Origin: Naegleria gruberi
Lineage: Eukaryota
Length of the DNA: 64,000 bases
Reading direction: 5' to 3' (one strand)
NCBI GenBank assembly: GCA_000004985.1
Contig: GG738857.1
Below are positions 1 through 11,313 of this stretch, in pieces; position 1 is the stretch's first letter, and each line of letters opens with the position of its first letter. The notes under the pieces were generated by a model that searched no databases, was not told the origin of the DNA, and saw only the letters and a program-made list of their open reading frames with translations. The position numbers and the translations under genes were made by a program.

Positions 1-891
1 AGCAGCTGAGAGTTTACAAAGCAATTGATCTTTAACTTCAATTGTTTTGTAAAAGTGTCCATACCATTTAAAGGCAATTTTGTAATTATTCAAAGAATAA
101 CTAGTCAAGAATTCGATAATCAAAGGAAGAGAAACAACACCAGTGAATTCTTCACCCTTCTTCTTATTGGCCTCGTTCATCTTCATCATGATTGAGTTGA
201 TCAAATGGAAAGCCATCAATGGAGCCAAGTAATATTTAAACAAAGTCCAGAATCCACCAAACCAAACCATGAAATAGGTAAAGAAAGATGCGAATAGAAT
301 CAAGACAATGGAATTGGTAATCTTATTGAAAGTATTTCCTTTTGTGTCAAAGTAAATATTGGTAACAATGCATTCCCAAATTGAGGTAAAGAACCAGAGA
401 GGACTCTTTGCTAATTTGAGCATGGCACCAAACATGAAGTGTGGTTGTGAACTTTCTTGTGGATAGGTCTTGAGATATTTCACATTTTCGAATGGATACA
501 ACAATGGCAACATGCAAACTAAACCAACCAATTGGTTAAGCCATTCAGGAAGTGTCTTGACATTGAAGAATTGATTAGTGGAACAACCATACGCAACAGA
601 AACCAATCGACAAGCACAAAATCCCAAGAAAATCCAACAAATTGGAAGTAAATACCAAGGAATGTTTACAACAAACAAAACACCAATGAGAATTAAGAGT
701 AAAGTCATGGACAATTGGATGGCAGCTTTGAAATTTGAAGGGGTAAAGCTACCTTCTACATGTTTCAGAGCTTCATTATGAAGAATGGAATCTTCACTAT
801 TGGCAGCAAACTCAGTTTTTACACTGGCAGCTGTCAGAGAGGTAACAGATGACATTTTTTTGGGATGATATTGAGGATAATAATCACTCAT
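1..891 (-). CDS. Multi-pass transmembrane protein of unknown family. The N-terminal exon starts at ATG 891-889 and the reading frame stays open to the window edge, so the C-terminus lies outside the window.
   Basis: By-eye reverse-complement translation from 891 down to 1 has no stop (MSDYYPQYHPKKMSSV...IGVLFVVNIPWYLLPICWIFLGFCA...FGGFWTLFKYYLAPLMAFHLINS...). It contains at least 5 hydrophobic helices. The ORF track omits it because it has no stop inside the window. Confidence 0.45.
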   Translation of the reverse strand, partial: MSDYYPQYHPKKMSSVTSLTAASVKTEFAANSEDSILHNEALKHVEGSFTPSNFKAAIQLSMTLLLILIGVLFVVNIPWYLLPICWIFLGFCACRLVSVAYGCSTNQFFNVKTLPEWLNQLVGLVCMLPLLYPFENVKYLKTYPQESSQPHFMFGAMLKLAKSPLWFFTSIWECIVTNIYFDTKGNTFNKITNSIVLILFASFFTYFMVWFGGFWTLFKYYLAPLMAFHLINSIMMKMNEANKKKGEEFTGVVSLPLIIEFLTSYSLNNYKIAFKWYGHFYKTIEVKDQLLCKLSAA

Positions 892-1197
892 TGATGTTAT
901 AACAGCAAGATATGCCTTTTCAATTGCAAATTGCTCTTATTCTTCAACATTGTGTTTGGAAGTTTGAAGATTGTTGAATGTTTTTTGTGCGATAAAGTGT
1001 CCACAAAATTTTGTAAAGTTTTGAGACATCAATTTTATTGTAATGCGTGTATTTACAGTCTGTAGAAATTATTTGGGTAAATATTGAATGAGTCATTGAG
1101 GGTTTATTACAATTATGAATTGGTTCTAAAAAGGACACATGTTAAATTTCATTAAAGCTAAAGTTTATTCTGATTCAGAATTATAAAACTGAAAACA

Positions 1198-2531
1198 ATG
1201 AGTATGGATATATTAGTTCGTGATCAAGGTTACTGGAAAGATCCTTCATCATTACTGAATAACAGTCGTTTCATTTCTGTTTACGAAATTCTCAATGAAA
1301 CAGTTTCGAATGACGATTTGAATAATTACAATAACGATAGACACATTCTAATTTCCNNNNNNNNNNNNNNNNNNNNNNNNNNNNNNNNNNNNNNNNNNNN
1401 NNNNNNCGTTATTTTATATGAACATGTTAAACTCAATTATTTCACTCTTCTGAAAAATGTAAAGATTTTACATTTAGAATGGAAAGACCCCAATGTGGAG
1501 GGTTTATAAATTTTGAAAATGTAAGCAATTTAACAAAACTAGAAGCAAAGAGTATTCCCAAATATATATATGCAAAATTCAACTCTTCTCTAAGGGAATT
1601 GCACCTGTCAATGTCATCTTTCAATCTAGACAATAATTTTGATAATTTGAAAAAATTGGAACTCATCAATGTTGGAAATTTATTAAGAGCCACCAGCACT
1701 ACATTTCCCTCCTTGGAATATGCCTATTGTACGAATTGTAATTTTTCCTTTAATGGAATTGAGTTTTTTTCCCAAAGCAAAAATTTGAAGAATTTGATTT
1801 TGAGGTGGTGTGATCTAGGAAAGGTGGAAACAGCCGAATTTCATTGTAGAGAATTGGAAGAATTGGATCTGACTACTGAGAATCCAATTAATCTTGATCT
1901 TTCGACATTGAGAGGACTAAACTTGAAGAAGCTCACAATTTATCCGAAATATATCAATAACCAAATAGATCTTTCCGTAATTGAGCAAATGGCAAGTTTG
2001 GAATATCTGAATTTAGGCGAATATTATGAAAATCTATCATTTTCCCAATTGACCAAATTGAATTATTTAGAATTTCGAAAAATTCGCATTTCAAAAAAGA
2101 ATCTAAAGGTAGAAAATTTGCTTTATGAAAATTTACTAAGAAATTGCGTCATTTACTTTAATAGTATAACCATTGAAGAGCATTGCATGCCATTTCCAAT
2201 TTTATTCGAAAGTGGAACTTTGGAAGGATCATTATTCGAATTAATTGCTTTGAAATTGAGAGAGCTCTGTATTGGTGTGAAAGGTGTGAAATTTGCCTTA
2301 ATGTCAGAGAAATTTATCTATGTTTCGTTTAATAGACAATCAAAGAATAAGCTATATTCGTATCCAAGTTTTATTCTATTCGAAACTGAAAGTCCGAACA
2401 GAATTTTGGAGCACAGAAGAAGTTTGGAAAAGAAACAAGAATTTTTTAATTTTACATCAAGTATCGAATATTTAATGCAACTGAAAAATTATTCTACTGT
2501 ACGAAATGGACGAAAGTGTGAAATTCAGTGA
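1198..2531 (+). CDS. LRR-like (F-box-associated type) protein, paralogue A. The N-terminal part is interrupted by the N-gap, and the two ORF pieces are probably joined by a roughly 42-nt intron near 1494-1535.
   Basis: ORFs 1198-1509 and 1479-2531. The 350-aa part aligns along its length with the ORF at 3346-4497 (FPSLEYAYCTNCNF vs FPSLEYVYCLDCDF), and both end in KCEIQ*. A GTTTAT...AACTAG intron would restore the frame. Confidence 0.5.
1357..1406. other. Assembly gap (N run, about 50 nt)
   Basis: Literal n characters in the sequence. Confidence 0.99.
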
Positions 2532-2597
2532 ACTAGTGAACATTCGAATATAATTTTCATTTAATATTTAAAATAATTAAAAACTAAACTAAAAAAA

Positions 2598-3302
2598 ATG
2601 TCCCTTCTCGATCTTCCCAGAGAAATTTTCGTTCTCATCCATTCATATACCGATTTTCAAACTATTCTAAACCTCCGAACCATTTGTAAATATTTATCCC
2701 TCACTTCCAAATATTATCAATCAGAAGTTGTGGATTTTACAAAAGATTATTCTGATTATTATTCATTGGGCGAAACTATATTCGATTTTAAAGGAAAGGA
2801 AAATTTGAATAGTTACATTGAGCCGACAGTTTTGTTTCTCGGTGAAAATATTGGAAAAATTGAATCGGTTCAGGTTCAGATGGACGAATGTGGAGAACCA
2901 AGTTTCGGATTTATTGAAAATATATTCGAAAGTTGTTTACAGTCAATTTCAGAGCTGAAATTTGATTTGTGGTTTCCTAGAAAAAGTAGCAAAGCACAAG
3001 TCAACACAGAACATGGATTAGAATCAAGTCAGTCAAGATTCCTGTCAAAATTCATGAGATTGAGAGCACTGTCATTGATTTTAACACATACAAGTCATGA
3101 ATATTTTAATTTGATTTTAGATGAAATAGAAAGAGGAAATTTCAAAGAATTGAAGAAATTTGAATTGTGCATTCGATGTACAACTCTTTCAGATTCGAAT
3201 ATTCAACAACTGGAGAGAATAATCAATCGAATGAAGACATTGACGCATTTGACATTGGAAATATATCACACTCATGAGCAACAAGAGTTGGTGAATCAAT
3301 AA
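2598..3302 (+). CDS. F-box domain protein
   Basis: The N-terminus LLDLPREIFVLIHSYTDFQTILNLRTICKYLS matches the F-box consensus (LP.EIL..IF..L....L...R.VCK.W). Intact 234-aa ORF. Confidence 0.55.
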   Translation: MSLLDLPREIFVLIHSYTDFQTILNLRTICKYLSLTSKYYQSEVVDFTKDYSDYYSLGETIFDFKGKENLNSYIEPTVLFLGENIGKIESVQVQMDECGEPSFGFIENIFESCLQSISELKFDLWFPRKSSKAQVNTEHGLESSQSRFLSKFMRLRALSLILTHTSHEYFNLILDEIERGNFKELKKFELCIRCTTLSDSNIQQLERIINRMKTLTHLTLEIYHTHEQQELVNQ

Positions 3303-3345
3303 AGAAATCAATGTCATATATTCCATTCCTTAAATTGAGTTTAAA

Positions 3346-4497
3346 TTGAATAGTAATCTTATGATGGATTGTTTGGAAAGTATTTCCCAAAATTCGAAGG
3401 ATTTATCTTTGATATTGGAAGATGGAAATCTCATGTCCGATCAATTGAAATTGGATCAATTGAGGAATTTGTCAAAGTTAGAGATTGATTACCTGCCTTC
3501 CTTTGTTACCGTGATGAATCCGCATCTAGTTGAGTTGCAAGTTGGAAGTCTTTTGAACAACAATTTCTTTAACAGAACATTGACCAATACGTTGCTTTTG
3601 AAAAGTACATTTTATAATTTGAAAAGATTGGAACTAACCAACGTTGGAAATATGTCAGAAGCTCCTACCTATGTATTTCCCTCTTTAGAATATGTCTATT
3701 GTTTGGATTGTGATTTTGGTAGTGGAATTGATTTCTTTTCGAATAGTACAAAATTGAAGAGTTTAATTTTGATATGGTGTAAATTTAAGATTCTATCAAA
3801 AACTAAATTTCAATGTCAAGGATTGGAAGAATTGAATATTTCCACAACTAGTCCACACAAATTCTTCGATGTTTCCACATTGAAAGGACTACAACTAAGG
3901 AAACTAAATATTTATCCTGTAGGTATCACTGGCGTTAGTCCAGTAACAACAGCTGATCTTTCAGCAATCGAAGAAATGACGAGTTTGGAACATTTAACAT
4001 TTGGAGAATATATTGAGAAATTTTCATTTGCCAAATTGACCAATTTGAAATACCTACAGTTTCGTAAAAGTTTTGCATTTGTAGGAATTCTATCATTAAG
4101 CTCATATGAACACTTACTTCATAATTGTGTCATTTACTTTGACGTTGCAGCATCTGATGTTCCTGTACCTGCTTTTTCAGAAAATGGAAGAGTTATTGTT
4201 AATTCATCCACTTGTCGATTAATTGCTTCCAAATTGAAAGAGCTCAATATTAGTGTGAATGGTGTGAAATTTGTAATAATGACACCAACGTACATTTACG
4301 TTACTTTCAATATGCAATCAAGGAAACAATCTCATTATTCCTATCCTAGTTTTATTCTATTCGAAAGCAAACAACCACACACAATTGTAGCCAGCGGAAG
4401 AAGTTTGGAAAAGAAGATGGAAGTACCAAAAATCACCATTGATTATTTAATGAATTTAAAGTTTGAAACTAATGAAAAAAAATGTGAAATTCAATAA
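3346..4497 (+). CDS. LRR-like protein, paralogue B of the gene at 1198-2531
   Basis: Intact 383-aa ORF, collinear with paralogue A (about 40-50% identity by eye over the C-terminal 300 aa). Confidence 0.6.
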   Translation: MNSNLMMDCLESISQNSKDLSLILEDGNLMSDQLKLDQLRNLSKLEIDYLPSFVTVMNPHLVELQVGSLLNNNFFNRTLTNTLLLKSTFYNLKRLELTNVGNMSEAPTYVFPSLEYVYCLDCDFGSGIDFFSNSTKLKSLILIWCKFKILSKTKFQCQGLEELNISTTSPHKFFDVSTLKGLQLRKLNIYPVGITGVSPVTTADLSAIEEMTSLEHLTFGEYIEKFSFAKLTNLKYLQFRKSFAFVGILSLSSYEHLLHNCVIYFDVAASDVPVPAFSENGRVIVNSSTCRLIASKLKELNISVNGVKFVIMTPTYIYVTFNMQSRKQSHYSYPSFILFESKQPHTIVASGRSLEKKMEVPKITIDYLMNLKFETNEKKCEIQ

Positions 4498-4510
4498 ATT
4501 ACAATGAATA

Positions 4511-6343
4511 TTAATTTTGGAATGGTTGTGGAACAAATCCTGGTTGTTGAGTTTGTACTGGTTGTAAAGTAGAAACTGGAATTGCTTGGAGATAACCACC
4601 TCTACCTCTTCCACCCCTAATAGATAAGCCACCTCTGCCACCCCTAATAGGTAATCCACCTCTTCCACCCCTAATAGGTAATCCACTACCTCTACCACTG
4701 TAAGAATAAGTGCTACAGGTTATTCCTCTTGGCATTGTTCCTTTCGGTTGTTTTGTCCTTTCTGTGTTGGGATCTTTAAATTTTCCATTCTTTCTAGATC
4801 GTGGTCGTGCTTCCTCCAACAAATCATCAACATGTTGTTCATTAAATTCGAATTGAGGAAACTCTGCCCTTACAGAATCAATAATCTTTGCTTTGAACAT
4901 TAGCAAGGCATTGGTGAAAGACTTTCTTGGACCATCACTAAGGAACATGTGAAAAATCTCCTCCTCTGTTAAGGTTGAGTTTGGAAATTTCCACATGTGA
5001 AATTCTTTCCACTTTTGAATCATGAATACTGTAAAATTGGTAAAGATCTCGAGATTTGGTTTGCTCAAATCCAATGCACGTCTCTTCATAATTCTTCCTA
5101 GAACATGTTGATACAAGCTCATAAAATCATTTGTTCTTGGTGTCATTAATTTTGGGTTATTTTTGGTCTGTTTCAGTAATCTGAATTCTCCATGAGCGTA
5201 ATTTCTTTCAAACAGATGGAAGAATAAATTCTTTTCGTCCATTTTGGTTGCCAATCGTATCATTTCTTCCAAAGGTTTGCAGTCAATTTGCAAAGATTTT
5301 TCACTATGCTTAGGGGAGGTCTCGTTGAGTAAATAAAACTTTGTCCATTTGAAAACTTGTTCTGTAAAATCAAGATGAAGACGTTTTTCCATTTGTTTTT
5401 CAAACATTAGTTTCCAGTTTCTAACTTTAGATTTGGAGAGTCTCAATCTGTTGGAATCAAATAATAGAGAGTTCAATTTCATATCTAAACTCTCGAAAAA
5501 TTCAAACTCTTCATCTCCAAATGAAACTACTGGAATTCCTACCTTCTTTACATTAAGCAATGTTTCGTATAATCTCTCAACATTTCTGTGTTGCTTAATG
5601 TAGGAATGCATTGAGGTAGTGTCACCAAATTCCTCCTTTGAAGATAACCAGTGAGGGAAATACTTATTAAGGTCTCTAATAGAATTCTCCAATCTAAAGA
5701 AAACTTTTGATGCAGTAAATTCTGACTTGGGGTTTCGAATTTGTTTCTTCATTTCGCTTTTTTTAGCATAATAGTAAAAATAAACTTGCTCCTTATATTG
5801 TAATTGATTCCATTTCGTTTTCAATTCCTTACTTGTAGATACCAAATCATTCTTCCTATTAACAAACTTTTCCTTTCCATTCGCGTAATTCGAAAACCTT
5901 TCAATTTCATTTCGAATAGCCAAGAAGGTCAACAATTCATAATAAGGACTCGATCTCACCTTCTCCACTTCCATCTCTTTCAAACTAGAAACACCCAACA
6001 TTTTACAACTAATCTCTGAACTGATCAACAATAATTTCTTCACCACTCGATCATTCAAATCCAAAAACAAACAAATGTGAAAATAAATTTCCCAAGGCAA
6101 ATGCGCAAAATCTTCATCATGATCTCCTCGTTTCATAGGAATACTTGTATTTCGTCTGCTCCTGTGTGTAGTTTCAACATTATTCGAATCTTGAAGACCA
6201 AAGAGAATGAAATCCTTCTCTTTCCATTGATTCTTTCTAATATTCTTTCTTTTTTGCTTGTTTTTAATGCCCTGTTCTGAAAGACCAACAAGCCTTCGTT
6301 TAACACCTTTGGGGAGTGAATGGGGAAGGAAGTTTTGAGACAT
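4511..6343 (-). CDS. F-box-like protein with C-terminal Gly/Arg-rich repeats (GGRGGLPIR x4, RGG-box-like)
   Basis: 610-aa ORF. F-box-like segment HLPWEIYFHICLFLDLNDRVVKKLLLISSEIS; C-terminal ...GRGSGLPIRGGRGGLPIRGGRGGLSIRGGRGRGG. Confidence 0.55.
   Translation of the reverse strand: MSQNFLPHSLPKGVKRRLVGLSEQGIKNKQKRKNIRKNQWKEKDFILFGLQDSNNVETTHRSRRNTSIPMKRGDHDEDFAHLPWEIYFHICLFLDLNDRVVKKLLLISSEISCKMLGVSSLKEMEVEKVRSSPYYELLTFLAIRNEIERFSNYANGKEKFVNRKNDLVSTSKELKTKWNQLQYKEQVYFYYYAKKSEMKKQIRNPKSEFTASKVFFRLENSIRDLNKYFPHWLSSKEEFGDTTSMHSYIKQHRNVERLYETLLNVKKVGIPVVSFGDEEFEFFESLDMKLNSLLFDSNRLRLSKSKVRNWKLMFEKQMEKRLHLDFTEQVFKWTKFYLLNETSPKHSEKSLQIDCKPLEEMIRLATKMDEKNLFFHLFERNYAHGEFRLLKQTKNNPKLMTPRTNDFMSLYQHVLGRIMKRRALDLSKPNLEIFTNFTVFMIQKWKEFHMWKFPNSTLTEEEIFHMFLSDGPRKSFTNALLMFKAKIIDSVRAEFPQFEFNEQHVDDLLEEARPRSRKNGKFKDPNTERTKQPKGTMPRGITCSTYSYSGRGSGLPIRGGRGGLPIRGGRGGLSIRGGRGRGGYLQAIPVSTLQPVQTQQPGFVPQPFQN
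4594..4700. repeat. Tandem 27-nt repeat, about 4 units, encoding the PIRGGRGGL repeats of the gene above
   Basis: Units such as ccacctctgccacccctaatagataag / ccacctcttccacccctaataggtaat are directly visible. Confidence 0.6.
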
Positions 6344-6508
6344 TTTTTTTTCTAGTATTTACGGTCAAATATTTCGGAACTACTTCCGTAAGAAATCATC
6401 TCAAAGGAAGGACAATGATTGAAGTTCTGTTCGTGTTCCGCTTTACAACAAGGAGTATCTCAAAATATATTGTTAAGGTGGTGGGTGTGTGTATTAATAA
6501 TAGTTAGT

Positions 6509-6940
6509 TTACAATTTATTCTTGTCGGCAGTTGCTGCAAGAATGTAAATTCTACAATTTGCATTTCTTTGTCTATTCTCTTTCAAAATATCAAAGTATG
6601 TACTGTTTCTACTTTGTAACAAGTTAATATTATTCACAATGATGGTATTAAAGTGATTAATTTTGGCTTGTCCTGGATAATCACCTAAAACATCATTAAA
6701 AGCATCCCAATTATTTCCAAAATAATCCACAAATTGTAAAGTTTCATTAAAAGTTGTGAATAATGCTTGAGCCGAGTCCAGTTTATCTCCTCTCACATTG
6801 ATAATGGCCACATTTTGATTGGTATTCAATTTGTCCTTGCAACCTTGTTCGATTTGAGCAAGTTTACTTCTCTCTAAAAAGATAATTTCATCTTGTTGGT
6901 TATTCAAGATATCTTGAATCAATGTATTAAAATCTGACAT
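6509..6940 (-). CDS. Barstar-like (barnase-inhibitor fold) protein
   Basis: 143-aa ORF. The core NVAIINVRGDKLDSAQALFTTFNETLQFVDYFGNNWDAFNDVLGDY aligns with barstar ([40 protein letters not shown]). The C-terminal half also follows the barstar pattern. Confidence 0.6.
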   Translation of the reverse strand: MSDFNTLIQDILNNQQDEIIFLERSKLAQIEQGCKDKLNTNQNVAIINVRGDKLDSAQALFTTFNETLQFVDYFGNNWDAFNDVLGDYPGQAKINHFNTIIVNNINLLQSRNSTYFDILKENRQRNANCRIYILAATADKNKL

Positions 6941-7112
6941 TTTTTTCTATTGTTTTTGACCTCACCAAAGCTATGCTTTTAATCATGCTTTTAATTAGCA
7001 AGCGGAGTCATGATTTTATAAAAATAGCAAGTAACCTTCTAAATTTTCGATTATCCTTATTCATATTGGTGACTTGATTTTCTTTGAATTATTGTAATAA
7101 TGAAGAATCAAA

Positions 7113-7493
7113 TTATTGTAAAATCATTTTCAATTCTTGTCTTCTCTCCTCAAATCTCTGCACAATTTCCAAATAATCATTCATAACACAATTCTGACAT
7201 CCATTTCCACAGCACACTATTGTATAACTCTCCATATCTGGATATAATTTTTCCAAATCTTTAATATTATCCACTCGATTAATCTTTTCCAAAACTTGAT
7301 CCTTTTGCTCAAAGGTAAAACTCTTCAGCGATTGATGAAATGATGATTTGGTCAAAGTAGTCCACCCAAAACTAATACTATTATTCGGATTAGAATTACT
7401 ATTTATCAGCAACATCTTCTTTATATTGTTGCTCTTTGGAAAATTAATTCTTCCTCTTCCGAATGAAAAAAGACTTCCTAGATGATGAAACAT
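7113..7493 (-). CDS. Oxidoreductase-like-domain (OXLD1-type) protein, probably mitochondrial
   Basis: The C-terminus carries the diagnostic YTIVCCGNGCQNCVMNDYLEIV motif (CCGxGCxxCVW family). The N-terminus is basic and hydroxylated, resembling a presequence. Confidence 0.6.
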   Translation of the reverse strand: MFHHLGSLFSFGRGRINFPKSNNIKKMLLINSNSNPNNSISFGWTTLTKSSFHQSLKSFTFEQKDQVLEKINRVDNIKDLEKLYPDMESYTIVCCGNGCQNCVMNDYLEIVQRFEERRQELKMILQ

Positions 7494-7681
7494 TTTTTAT
7501 ATTTCAAAATTCAATCAAAATTAATCATTGCTTATTTAAATATTAAAACATTGATATCCAAGACATGCTGATGTTATCTTCTTTCAACATTCTAATTTCA
7601 ATTCTAGTTGATACCATACCAATTAGATGATGTTGATGAACATTATCTTTCAAAAGTTTTAACAGAAAAAATTGAGAGAAC

Positions 7682-9145
7682 ATGAAGCGGAGGTTATTGA
7701 GCATGATTCCTCAGCATCAGAGAGTGGTGGGATTGCTTGTGCTGATCGTGATGATGATGATAATAACATTAAATATTGTCGAGTCCGCATCAAACTCTAG
7801 AAATATTAAACTTGTTGATCAAAAAGGCTATATAGATAGCGATTGTACAAATTGTATAAAAAGTAATAAGGGTATGAAATCTTGATCAATTAATTGGATA
7901 TTCATTATAATTATATTATTAATTAATTAATTAATTAATTAATTGGAAATTTATTTCATTGTATTTGGAAAATATAGTTTGGTGTGCTTTGGAACATGTA
8001 TGCACCAATACTATCGCGGAATGCCAATCAAGACAGCCATTCAATGCTACATGGTTTGTTTCTCCATCTGTGAAGGATGGTTCATTAGAAAGTGTGGAAG
8101 CAATACCTCTTCATTGTCAGACAGGTATTATAACATCATTGGATCAATGTCCAAGTTTTAGATGTAAGTAATATTCCTCTAATACTATTGGAACTGATTA
8201 ACAAATATATTTACTATTGAATATTAAATATTATTAAATATTAATATGATGTAAATATTTTGGATTGAAATGTAAATAGTTGATGTTATACGTTCTTCGG
8301 AAAGTATTCTGAGAAACTTTGTGGTACCAATGACACAACAACCAATTCTTAGTTTACTATCAAAGAATTTGGAGCCATTCGAGTATCAATATGATCAAAC
8401 TAATGGAGAGAATAGGAATTTTGCTGTTGGAGCTTATTATGTATCGACACTTTCTTCATTAAAGGAAGGAAAACCAAAAGTCTCAGATAGACCTGGGCTC
8501 TACTTTTCATACAATTTTCACACAGATCATGTTTCACCAATTATTTATCAACCTGCTGTGAGTGTACAAGATTACAGACTTGTAAAGTTTGCTGATCTTT
8601 CTGTTGCAGTTCAACAACCTAATAATTATTATAGATTGGGATATTCTATCATTAGAAGAGTGGACATTGCTAATTCTTCATTCTCCTATCAATGTTCGTT
8701 CAATTCTACTAACTATGATGTTTGGATTGATCCGGATTACAAATTTACATACACTGGATTCCATGTTGTTGCTGGTATTCCATTGTTGGTTATTTCTGTT
8801 ACCTTACTCTCGGTTCTTTCCTTATGTTGTGTCAACAAGTTTGCCATCACCAAACACAACAGATCTCTCTTATTGAAGGATGAAGAGGAAGAACAATACT
8901 TTGATGAAATTCACACAGAAATGTGCATGACCTCAAAGGAAAAGGAAGGTTTCAAACAAAAAAAGAAGGATTATCAAGATTTTATCATTTACAAACACAG
9001 AAGAAACTTCTTTGGGGAGACACTATTCAAAAAACCAATACCTAACTCTGAAACTAATTCATTTGATCAAGCTGATGATGAGGAAAAGTTTACTGATCTC
9101 AAGAGCAAATTGAAGCATGTTTCAAGATTTTATAATCCATTTTAG
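7682..9145 (+). CDS. Type I membrane protein of unknown function with 3 exons (7682-7871, 7978-8163, 8280-9145). It has a signal peptide, a Cys-rich exon and a single TM helix.
   Basis: Donor GTATGA at 7872 and acceptor ATAG at 7977. Donor GTAAGT at 8164 and acceptor AATAG at 8279. The phases (1/1) join ORFs 7682-7885, 7959-8171 and 8321-9145 into one frame. Signal peptide VGLLVLIVMMMIITL; TM helix VVAGIPLLVISVTLLSVLSLCCV. Confidence 0.5.
7917..7946. repeat. (AATT)n microsatellite inside intron 1 of the gene above
   Basis: aattaattaattaattaattaattaatt is visible in the sequence. Confidence 0.8.
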
Positions 9146-9178
9146 AATTTTACCATCTCTCTTCTTTTTGATACTCAA

Positions 9179-11313
9179 TTGGTTAATCAATGTGGTACAG
9201 ATGTATACTATTATATGTGGTTCAGCAAGTATTTGATTGTTTATGTGGTTGTTTGTGGATTGGTTGCTTGTGGCTCTCTTTTGCCAACCTATTTGACCAC
9301 CACTGATTACAATGTCTCATTTGGTGACTTTTCTTCAACTAGTATTGCCAACATGAGTATCAAGACCAATGATAAGATTTACGTCTTTTTCCTTGTTACT
9401 ATTGCATTCCCAATCCTTGGTCTTGTCTTTATTTATGGTTTGAATAGATTGTCTAGACAGTTAATCAAGTCAAGAACCAACATTGGTTCCTTGTACACTG
9501 TCATGGTTAATGGAATTTCAAGAAGTGTAAGAGATAGGAAGAAATTATTGGAGGACTTTAAGCAAAGATATGGAGATTGTGTTGTTGATGCCCATTTAGC
9601 TCTTGATCTCAATAATTTGAGTGAATTGGATGAAAAGAGAGAGGATTTGGAGAGGATGTTGAGAGGAGCTGAACGTGAATATGAAAAGAGTGGCCGTAGA
9701 CCACAAATCAAAGTTAAGGGTCTGATGGGATTTTTCGGAAAGAAGGTTGATGCTATTGAAGAATACAGCAAGGCCTTGGAAAGTGTCAATAAGGAGATTA
9801 ACATTCTCAGACTCAATCCAAACAAGACTATTCACGGTACCGGATATGGATTTGTGACCTTCTCAACAATGGATGACGCACAAAGATGTCTCAATGAACA
9901 CAAGGATATCAATTGTTGTTGTGGTATTTCTATTCCTTGGTGGTTATGCTCTCCAAGTGGATGGGGATACGGAGGTATTGAAAGAGCTCCAGAACCAGAT
10001 GATGTTCTCTTTGAAAATTTGAGTATTGGATCAACCAATCGTTGGGTTAGATCATTGATCTCATCTGCTGTTATTACATCCTTCTTGCTTTTGATCTATG
10101 CCATCTCAACAACAGTTTCCTGGTACTATTGGTATAAGGGTCAAAACTATAGCTCTGTAAAAGATTACTTTATAGATACTGATGCTTCCGTTATTGGAGT
10201 TGATACTTTGGCCTTAGTTTTGATGGTTCTGGCCGAGTTGTTGCCTGAAGCCGTCTCACTCACCAATGAAATTGTTAAACCAGTCATTGAAGTTTTGAGT
10301 GACTATGAAAAGCATCCATCAAGAACATCCAGAAGAAAAACCATCCTCAGAAAGACAATTTTCTTTATTACCTTGTCTATTATGATCTTCCCATTCTTTA
10401 TCAGATGGATTAAGGCTGTGTGGGGTGTTAGTATGAATGCAGATTTTCCATTCAACAATTATGCCTATTTTTTCAACTTTATTGGCACTGAAGTGGCTAC
10501 ACTTATTATGGCTTTGTGTACAATTGCCAAATCTTTGGAATATACATTCATGTTTATCATTATAATGGTCAAGTATAGATTCAGTGACAATGGTAATGGA
10601 AATAGGGAATTAGAAAGACTTCCTTTCGATTATGAAGCCAACATTGGAGTCAAGATTGCAATTCTCATGCTAACCCTTCTTTACGGAAGTGCTGTCCCAT
10701 GCATGTTTGCATTCTCCTTAATTTACTATGTGGTTACTTATTATTTGGACAAGTATTTGATTTTATACTTTTTCGAGAAGGCCCCAGACAGTGATGGTAC
10801 TCTAATGAGAACTACTTCAGACACATTGGCTTACTATCTTTCCATCTATCCAATTTTGGTTATTTTCATGATTCCTTCATTGGCTAGCTTATGGTCAACT
10901 TGGCTTATTTACTTGCCAACTATTTTTGTTTTCTACATGGTTGTTCGTATTGTTAGAAATAGAATGTCAAGATCAGAGATGGACATGTTGGTAGTTTCCT
11001 TGAGTAGTATGCCTCATGATGATATTGAAAAACAAGAGGAAGTGGATATTAATGCAGGAGATAGTTTGGAAATGGAGGTTACCGATTCAGCTAGTCCATC
11101 TTCACCAATTTCCATTCCTCAAAGAATTCCAGTCAAGAATGGCATTGCCACATCCTCTATTAGGTCCTTGATGAGCTTTGTTGCTGGTGAGGAACAAGTA
11201 GTTTCCATCTATGATAAGGAAGTTGAGAAACGTCTTGATGTCGATCAAAGAGTATTGGCCTCTCGTTACAGACATCCATACTTGAAAAAGGATAAGAGAA
11301 GAGCTGCATCAGC
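9179..11313 (+). CDS. OSCA / TMEM63 / CSC1-family (DUF221, RSN1_7TM) stress-gated cation channel. The 3' end is lost in the assembly gap. The true start is probably the ATG near 9214 or an upstream exon.
   Basis: Domain order: N-terminal TM helices, then a cytosolic domain (..MVNGISRSVRDRKKLLEDFKQRYG.. and ..KTIHGTGYGFVTFSTMDDAQRC.., an RRM-like PHM7_cyt pattern), then a 7-TM block typical of CSC1/OSCA. Confidence 0.65.

Noticed and set aside
4456-4698. An 80-aa ORF on the minus strand overlapping the Gly/Arg repeat region, and small plus-strand ORFs at 5804-6019 and 6077-6280
   Set aside because: These are alternative-frame or antisense readings of a longer, well-supported ORF (4511-6343). 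They consist of repeat-derived low-complexity translation.
8589-8876. A 95-aa ORF overlapping the gene at 8321-9145 in another frame
   Set aside because: It sits inside a longer ORF with a coherent signal-peptide and TM topology and is an alternate-frame artefact.
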